A stretch of 64,000 nt of DNA from a virus, in the IMG/VR virus record IMGVR_UViG_3300043444_000257, positions 20,509 to 84,508 of that record, one strand, 5' to 3'. Both the position numbers and the translations under genes were made by a program. Positions 58,029-64,000 of the stretch are shown here, piece by piece (within the stretch, counting starts at the first letter, position 1; each line of letters begins with the position of its first letter). The notes beneath the pieces are model-generated. The model was not told where the DNA came from. It was given only the letters and a program-made list of their open reading frames with translations, and did no database searches.

Positions 58029-59585
58029 TTATGCTGTCCTTTGGATCCACTCGTCAATTGTCCAAAATGGAGCGACAAGTTCCCTATATCGGGTTTCATT
58101 GATATTTAGCACTTTTTCTCCTATCGGCAGTGCTTTTTTATGTATACTAGATAGTAATCGATAATCGAATACCTGCAATCCTTGTAAAACCATTAACCAA
58201 GCAGTTGGGCTGTAACCATGTAACCACGGTTCTCCTTTAGTCCCATTATAATAATCTGCCCATTGCGTAAGTTTTTCTTTCAGAGAATCTGGAATTCGAA
58301 AACTATCTTCTCCGTGACTGCGCCAAAATTCAGTATCTCTTCGATGTCCCCTATAATGTAGGGCTAGGAAATCTTTGATATCTTCGGTGATATTCCATAT
58401 GCGTTGATTAAACCTGTCTCGGCGTTCCTTTCTTAAGAAATTATCAACCGGCCTCCAGTGGTCTTCTAAACAATATAGACTTTCGATAATAACTGCAACT
58501 CCATTAGCTTCTAAAGGTTCTAAAAATCCTGTGCTTAGGCCAACACCTATTACATTGTTTTTCCATGCTTCGCGCATCATACCTGGAGTAAATTGAAAAT
58601 TAGCGATAGGTTCTATATGCTGCCCGAATGATTCTCTAGCTTCGTCTAGTGCTTGATCAAGAGTTAGATGATCGGGATCATAGATGTAACCATTACCCGA
58701 CCTATGCCGTAGATTAATATTCCATGACCATCCGTATTTCATAGCAGTAGCATTAGTAGTCACACAATAACAAGGTTTATCCCACCATGCTACTACTGCT
58801 CTAGCTGGAAAATAATCTGTATAATCGACTAGTTTTTCTTCTAAAACTTTTCCTAATAACAATCTGGCAAACCCCGAGCAATCAAAGAACCAATCGGCAG
58901 ATAGATCGATTCCTTCTTCTAAATGAATAGTTTCTATATCGCCATTTTCTTTTTGAGTCGCGTGTGTGTATACCCCTTCAACTAATTTGATTCCTCGAGA
59001 CAATGCTATTTTTTTAAAATAAGCAGCAGCGCCACGACTTTCAAAATGCCACATAGGCACACAAGGAAGGATTGATTCTGAACCTATAGGAACTTTTTGA
59101 TTCTTTATAAACTGCGTAGCATAGAACGCACGAGCTAACGGGATGTCGTTGGCTATGATTGTTTTTAAATAAAGATCTTTTTCTTGTTCTCTATTCATTA
59201 TAGAAAACAAGGTTCCGAGATTTAATTCTTCTTCAGTGGCAGTTTTAACATAGTCGCTCCACCCGTCTAGCCAGGGAGCATAATCGGTCTGTAAAGAATG
59301 AATAAATTCAGTCCCCATACCATTCCAATTTTTAAAATGTCCTCCCACTTTAGGTGTAGCGTTTACATTTTTAATAAAATCGTTGATGTCTATTTTTAAG
59401 TTTTTTAAAAGACTAACAAATGTAGTAGTCCCGCTTTCACCTGCAATGATAGGAGGCTGTTTAGGATTTTCTACAACAATGATATCTACATTAGGATAAT
59501 GCCGATCGACAAATAATGCTGTTAACCAACCGGCCGTTCCGCCCCCTAAAATTATAGCTTTAGAGTTTATAGCTAAGTTCTTCAT
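58029..59585 (-). CDS. Flavin-dependent halogenase-like enzyme, divergent
   Basis: GGGTAG, AGESG, NATPK, DCSGF, WSWNIN (variant of WxWxIP), FLEPLEANG. Confidence 0.82.
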   Translation of the reverse strand: MKNLAINSKAIILGGGTAGWLTALFVDRHYPNVDIIVVENPKQPPIIAGESGTTTFVSLLKNLKIDINDFIKNVNATPKVGGHFKNWNGMGTEFIHSLQTDYAPWLDGWSDYVKTATEEELNLGTLFSIMNREQEKDLYLKTIIANDIPLARAFYATQFIKNQKVPIGSESILPCVPMWHFESRGAAAYFKKIALSRGIKLVEGVYTHATQKENGDIETIHLEEGIDLSADWFFDCSGFARLLLGKVLEEKLVDYTDYFPARAVVAWWDKPCYCVTTNATAMKYGWSWNINLRHRSGNGYIYDPDHLTLDQALDEARESFGQHIEPIANFQFTPGMMREAWKNNVIGVGLSTGFLEPLEANGVAVIIESLYCLEDHWRPVDNFLRKERRDRFNQRIWNITEDIKDFLALHYRGHRRDTEFWRSHGEDSFRIPDSLKEKLTQWADYYNGTKGEPWLHGYSPTAWLMVLQGLQVFDYRLLSSIHKKALPIGEKVLNINETRYRELVAPFWTIDEWIQRTA

Positions 59586-61068
59586 AACGTCCTTTTAATC
59601 TATTAATTGCTTCTCTGTGAGTGAAAACATCGACATCTAAGTTTTCAGTTTGCTTGGCGTTTGTTATATTGTGTATAGAAAGATCGGTATACTTATTAAG
59701 ATGCTTTTTATATTTGTCTTTTATAGAATTATAGTCAAACATCCTTAACCCGTGCATAACTTGTGCATAATTTAAATGACTGAAAAGAATCAACGGCACA
59801 TTAAAATAGTAGCCATTTGGGAATCCCTTTTTAAAATAATCTAAATTCTCTCTATTAAAATCTGTTTTAACTATTTCGTGCTTACACCAACGCCAAAATT
59901 CTGTGTCATTTCTTTCAGTGAAATAATGTAGTTGGATAAAGTCTACAATGTTTGATGCTATCTGAGACATATGATCGTTATATCGTTTAGCAGTTAGGTT
60001 TTCTCCTTTTTCATAGAAGAAAATCGAAGGTGTTAAAATAAAACATTGTTGTATGGTAGTTCCAATACTGCTGGCTTCTAAAGGTTCTACAAATATTCCG
60101 CTAAGGCCTATTTGAACACAATTCTTAATCCAAAATTCTTTGACATATCCTGCACCAAATTTAACTTTCCTTCCGATCTTTAATTCGTCTGATATATTAA
60201 GATTGTCTTTGTAGTGTTTGCTAACTTCAGCATAAGCCTCATCTTCGTCGATAAAGTCATCGCAGAATACATATCCATTCCCATATCTTTCCTGTGTGGG
60301 AATACGCCAGACCCAACCGCTGCCTAATGCGGTGGCTTCTGTGTAGCTAGGAATGTCTTCGGTATACCCCGTAGGAAAAGCAATAGCAGAGTTCATCGGT
60401 AATTGTTTTGTGCAATCTACCCATTGAGTGCCTAATGCTGTTCCTATAATTCTTCTAAATCCGCTGCAATCTATATAAAAATCGTAGGCATGTGTGTTAT
60501 TTTCTGAGTCTTTTAATTCTTTCACATAGCCTTGGTCATCTAAAATTACTTGTTCTATTTCTGTATCTACAAAGCTGATTCCTCTTTCTTGACATTTTCT
60601 ATGTAAAAAATCGTTAAGTTTAAAAGTGTCGAAGTGATACTGTGCTAATATATCGTGTAATGGTTCTACGTGTATACTTTTTTGACTTAATGCCCACGAT
60701 GTATCTAACGGATCTAGATTTTCTCCAGCCATATAAATCCAAGTCACTGGTAATCCACTTTCCTTGGAATGATGACCATATTGTTCGCTGATGCTGTGGA
60801 AGTAACTAGTGCCATCACCGTGCCAATTAGTAAACTTAATACCAATTTTAAAAGTAGCACCGCATTCTCGCATAAGTTCTGGAACAGAAATACCAACATG
60901 CTCTATAAATTTTTTCCAATGTTCTGTAGATCCTTCACCGACTCCTATGATGCCTATCTTGCTAGATTCTATTACAGTAACTTTTAATTCGGAGTAAGCG
61001 TGTTTAAGCATCAATGCAGCGACTAATCCGCTGGTTCCTCCGCCAACAATACATAATGAATCGATCAT
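59560..61068 (-). CDS. Flavin-dependent tryptophan halogenase-like enzyme
   Basis: GGGTSG, GVGEGS, CGATFK, DCSGF, WVWRIP, FVEPLEAS. Confidence 0.87.
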   Translation of the reverse strand: MIDSLCIVGGGTSGLVAALMLKHAYSELKVTVIESSKIGIIGVGEGSTEHWKKFIEHVGISVPELMRECGATFKIGIKFTNWHGDGTSYFHSISEQYGHHSKESGLPVTWIYMAGENLDPLDTSWALSQKSIHVEPLHDILAQYHFDTFKLNDFLHRKCQERGISFVDTEIEQVILDDQGYVKELKDSENNTHAYDFYIDCSGFRRIIGTALGTQWVDCTKQLPMNSAIAFPTGYTEDIPSYTEATALGSGWVWRIPTQERYGNGYVFCDDFIDEDEAYAEVSKHYKDNLNISDELKIGRKVKFGAGYVKEFWIKNCVQIGLSGIFVEPLEASSIGTTIQQCFILTPSIFFYEKGENLTAKRYNDHMSQIASNIVDFIQLHYFTERNDTEFWRWCKHEIVKTDFNRENLDYFKKGFPNGYYFNVPLILFSHLNYAQVMHGLRMFDYNSIKDKYKKHLNKYTDLSIHNITNAKQTENLDVDVFTHREAINRLKGRYEELSYKL

Positions 61069-62564
61069 AATTTATATTCCGTTTTAATATTACTCATACT
61101 TTTAACATAATTAATAGCATCTCTACAGGTCATCCAACCTTTTATAGGCTCTTGTTCTATTTGACCGAGCATCTGTTCGTCGTCGTAGCGTCGATGACCG
61201 TATCTCTGTTCATATAATTTTTTGATACTAGCAGTATCAAACATTCTTAGCCCGTGCATGACCTGTATCCAGTTTAGGCAATCATAAATTCTAAAATTGC
61301 TCATTAGACCGTCTTCTGGTAGCAGGGTTTGATTGACAAAATTCTTTTTAAAATTTTCTAAATTTTCTTTGTTGAAATCGGTCATGGTCATTTCGTTCTT
61401 ACACCAACGCCAGAATTCTGTGTCATTACGTTCAGTGAAATAATGCAGTTGTATAAAATCAAGGATATTATACATCATGTCATCGACTACCCTATTGTAT
61501 TCTTTGATAGTGCCAGTATCTGATCTACTCCAGTTCCAAATAGATGCTGTCAACATTTGAAGTTGTTTAATAGTTGTAGAAATACTAGATGCTTCTAAAG
61601 GTTCTACAAAGTTACTGCTGAGTCCTATGCTGACACAGTTTTTAATCCAAGCACGATTTACTTTACCTGACACATAGTTAATCTTACGACCTACATGTAT
61701 GGTATCTTTAAAATGCTTTTGTATTTCATCTAAAGCCTGTTGCTCTGTGATAAAGTTGTCACTGAACACATAACCGTTGCCAAATCTATCCTGCACAGGA
61801 CTGCGCCAGTGCCAACCTGCATCCATAGCTCTAGCTAGGGTGTATGGCGGAATCTTTTCTTCATAGGCAGTTTGAAAAGCGATAGCAGAGTTTAACGGAA
61901 GATATTTGGTCCAATCAACCCACTCAGCTCCTAATTTAGATGCTACAACTCTTTTGAATCCACTGCTGTCAATGAAAAAGTCTGCAGAATATCGCTGTCC
62001 TTGATCATCAACAATAGCGTCAACAAATCCCTCAGAGTCTAAAATTGGACCCACTATTTCAGCATCTATAATTTCTATTTCTAACGAACGACATTTCTTT
62101 TCTAAGAAAGCATTTAGTTTTTCGCTGTCAAAGTGAAATTGGTAATAGTCAGTGAGAGGTTCACGGACATAGCCCTGCATAGGTAAATCCCAATGTAGTT
62201 TATCACTAGGAACACCGTTGGCTATCATGCCCATCATAGTGTAAGGAGCACCAGAATAGCTGTCCATCCATATTAGAAATTCTGGCAGACTGTGAAAGTA
62301 ACTAGTGCCATCACCGTGCCAATTTTCAAATTTGATTCCTATCTTGATAGTGGCACCACATTCGTTAATAAGGTCTATGATATTGATACCGACTGCATGT
62401 GCGAATCTAGTCCAGTGTTCTGTGCTGCCTTCTCCTACACCTATAGTTCCTATCTTTTTAGATTTTATCAGTTTTATCTTTAATTCGGGTAGTGCTGTTT
62501 TTAGATACAAAGCTGCCATTAATCCGGCATTACCTCCACCTAACACTATAACGTCATTGATCAT
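61065..62564 (-). CDS. Flavin-dependent tryptophan halogenase-like enzyme (close paralog of 59560)
   Basis: GGGNAG, GVGEGSTEHW, CGATIK, WHWRSP, FVEPLEASSI. Shares NWHGDGTSYFHS and LHYFTERNDTEFWRWCK with 59560. Confidence 0.87.
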   Translation of the reverse strand: MINDVIVLGGGNAGLMAALYLKTALPELKIKLIKSKKIGTIGVGEGSTEHWTRFAHAVGINIIDLINECGATIKIGIKFENWHGDGTSYFHSLPEFLIWMDSYSGAPYTMMGMIANGVPSDKLHWDLPMQGYVREPLTDYYQFHFDSEKLNAFLEKKCRSLEIEIIDAEIVGPILDSEGFVDAIVDDQGQRYSADFFIDSSGFKRVVASKLGAEWVDWTKYLPLNSAIAFQTAYEEKIPPYTLARAMDAGWHWRSPVQDRFGNGYVFSDNFITEQQALDEIQKHFKDTIHVGRKINYVSGKVNRAWIKNCVSIGLSSNFVEPLEASSISTTIKQLQMLTASIWNWSRSDTGTIKEYNRVVDDMMYNILDFIQLHYFTERNDTEFWRWCKNEMTMTDFNKENLENFKKNFVNQTLLPEDGLMSNFRIYDCLNWIQVMHGLRMFDTASIKKLYEQRYGHRRYDDEQMLGQIEQEPIKGWMTCRDAINYVKSMSNIKTEYKL

Positions 62565-63168
62565 TTACAATCCTTATTGTTGCTCTCGAGTCAGTTGCTA
62601 AATTATGATTGATTTTTCCATTAGGTAGACAATTAAAACTGATAATATATCTATTTTTATCTCCGTAGTGGGTCAAACTACTGTGATACATCCAACTAGG
62701 AAAAATTACTAGCTTTCCAGGTTCCGGGTTAAAATTATAAAACGGATGATAATCAAATCTAAGAACTTCTAACTGTGCTTGGGTCCTGTGTATCACTGGA
62801 TCTTCAAATACTGTAGGAGAACCTTCAGACAGGTAATACACGGCACTGAGTAAACTCATCGAATGCCTGTGAACATTTTGATACATTTTGTAATCTGCAA
62901 GGGCCACATTAAACCAGCTGCTAGAAATTTCTAAACTATCACAATCATATTTCATGTAATCTTTAACAGAATTTAAACAATGATCAAACCAAGAAAACAA
63001 TTCTTTAAATTCGTCATGCTTTCTTAGATCCTCTAACATACTAAGAGTGGATGTTTTTTTAATTTCTATATTTTCAAGTTTATCTAGATAAGAAATCAAC
63101 TGTTGATTATCAACAGTGGTATTTTTAAAAACAAAAAGTTCTGTAGGGAATAAACTTAGAACTTCCAT
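62554..63168 (-). CDS. 2OG-Fe(II) oxygenase (TIGR02466-like)
   Basis: LFPT, SWFN...HRH....SAVYY, IFPSWMYH, RYIISFN. Start at ATG 63168. Confidence 0.8.
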   Translation of the reverse strand: MEVLSLFPTELFVFKNTTVDNQQLISYLDKLENIEIKKTSTLSMLEDLRKHDEFKELFSWFDHCLNSVKDYMKYDCDSLEISSSWFNVALADYKMYQNVHRHSMSLLSAVYYLSEGSPTVFEDPVIHRTQAQLEVLRFDYHPFYNFNPEPGKLVIFPSWMYHSSLTHYGDKNRYIISFNCLPNGKINHNLATDSRATIRIVNDQ

Positions 63169-63746
63169 TAAAATTCTACCCACCCGGTTAATAGATACTT
63201 TTCCCCGCTCAACGGAGGATTGCCTCTATGAGCATGTGTAAATCCTGCTGGCCAAATCACTAAATTTCCCTGTATAGCAGGAATCCTGATGCCTTGATAT
63301 AGAAATTCAGTTTCTCCGCCCTGTTCGATGGTGTTAAGATACAGTCCCCAAGCACAGATACGGCCTGCACGTTCTAAACTATCCGACTCAAAATGCCAGA
63401 TATGATACCCTTGTCCGGGCAGGGTTTTTTGCAATTTCATCATGCGCACCTGATGCTTACTGGCTTCGGTTAATACGCTGTAATGATCCATGTATTGATT
63501 ATAGCAGTTCCAAAAGCGTTCCATAAATTGGGTGATAAAACTAGTATCAGGTGTGAATCTAAGGCTCTGTTGTTCTAAAACAAAAACAGCTTTATCATTT
63601 TTTCTATGGCTTGGAGCATCGCCGATCTGCAGCCTGCTATAACTTAGGTTCAGTCCAGCCATACTCTCGTAATGATCTATCAAAACCTGGCATTCTTTTT
63701 CGGTCATTATGCCTTCAAAAACAGCGATATCTTTATTTAGATCCAT
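63168..63746 (-). CDS. 2OG-Fe(II) oxygenase (P4H-like)
   Basis: GYHIWHFE, YLN...GGETEF, IWPAGFTH.HRGNPP...KY..TGW. Late motif at 63767-63772 (minus strand). Confidence 0.85.
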   Translation of the reverse strand: MDLNKDIAVFEGIMTEKECQVLIDHYESMAGLNLSYSRLQIGDAPSHRKNDKAVFVLEQQSLRFTPDTSFITQFMERFWNCYNQYMDHYSVLTEASKHQVRMMKLQKTLPGQGYHIWHFESDSLERAGRICAWGLYLNTIEQGGETEFLYQGIRIPAIQGNLVIWPAGFTHAHRGNPPLSGEKYLLTGWVEF

Positions 63747-63854
63747 GTTTAAATTATCCTCAAGGGTATTTATGTGTGTAGTTTATCAGCGTTTTTAAAG
63801 ACGAACACCGTTTTTAACTCCGCGATAAATACACTATCATAATGGATTTCAAAC

Positions 63855-64000
63855 ATGGCGACAGATCGTAACCCTATTCTAGACAGCGTAAGAATAATAC
63901 CAAGAGATCAAGAATTTCTAAATAGAAAAGTCGGTTCTAGGGGTGAAATTTTCTACGATAGAGAAGATAATGCCCTAAGACTATTCGACGGTGTAGAGCC
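63855..64000 (+). CDS. Start of a probable virion structural gene (truncated)
   Basis: MATDRNPILDSVRIIPRDQEFLNRKVGSRGEIFYDREDNALRLFDG..., a GE..YD.....L...DG fibre-type module. TAAATA at 63826-63831. Confidence 0.55.
   Translation, partial: MATDRNPILDSVRIIPRDQEFLNRKVGSRGEIFYDREDNALRLFDGVE

Noticed and set aside
1-64000. Stop-codon reassignment (alternative genetic code)
   Set aside because: Core genes translate full length in the standard code with dense packing; most end in TAA or TGA, with no fragmentation.

Overview
A 64-kb segment of a large T4-superfamily (myovirus-like) phage genome; the host cannot be determined from the sequence. In order: a minus-strand baseplate block (gp25, gp5-like, a large hub protein, gp53, gp48/54-like); gp55 late sigma, gp47 and gp46; a GIY-YIG nuclease followed by a ~520-nt heavily base-paired non-coding region; three probable internal head proteins; a gp26-like/gp51-like pair joined by an in-frame -1 slippery site, divergent from a probable tape measure gene; the head module (gp20, gp21, gp22, gp23); ~24 kb of paralogous virion fibre or appendage genes ending in three Gly/His-rich paralogs; and a ~15.6-kb convergent cluster of 4 flavin-dependent (tryptophan halogenase-like) enzymes and 13 2OG-Fe(II)/JmjC oxygenases. 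A T4-late-like (TA)TAAATA motif precedes most operons, including both arms of the enzyme cluster. Strongest leads: the late halogenase/oxygenase cluster as a possible virion-protein or peptide modification system, the structured RNA or origin behind the GIY-YIG gene, and a lambda G/GT-style frameshift in a T4-like tail module. All family assignments come from motif recognition by eye; no database search or folding computation was run.
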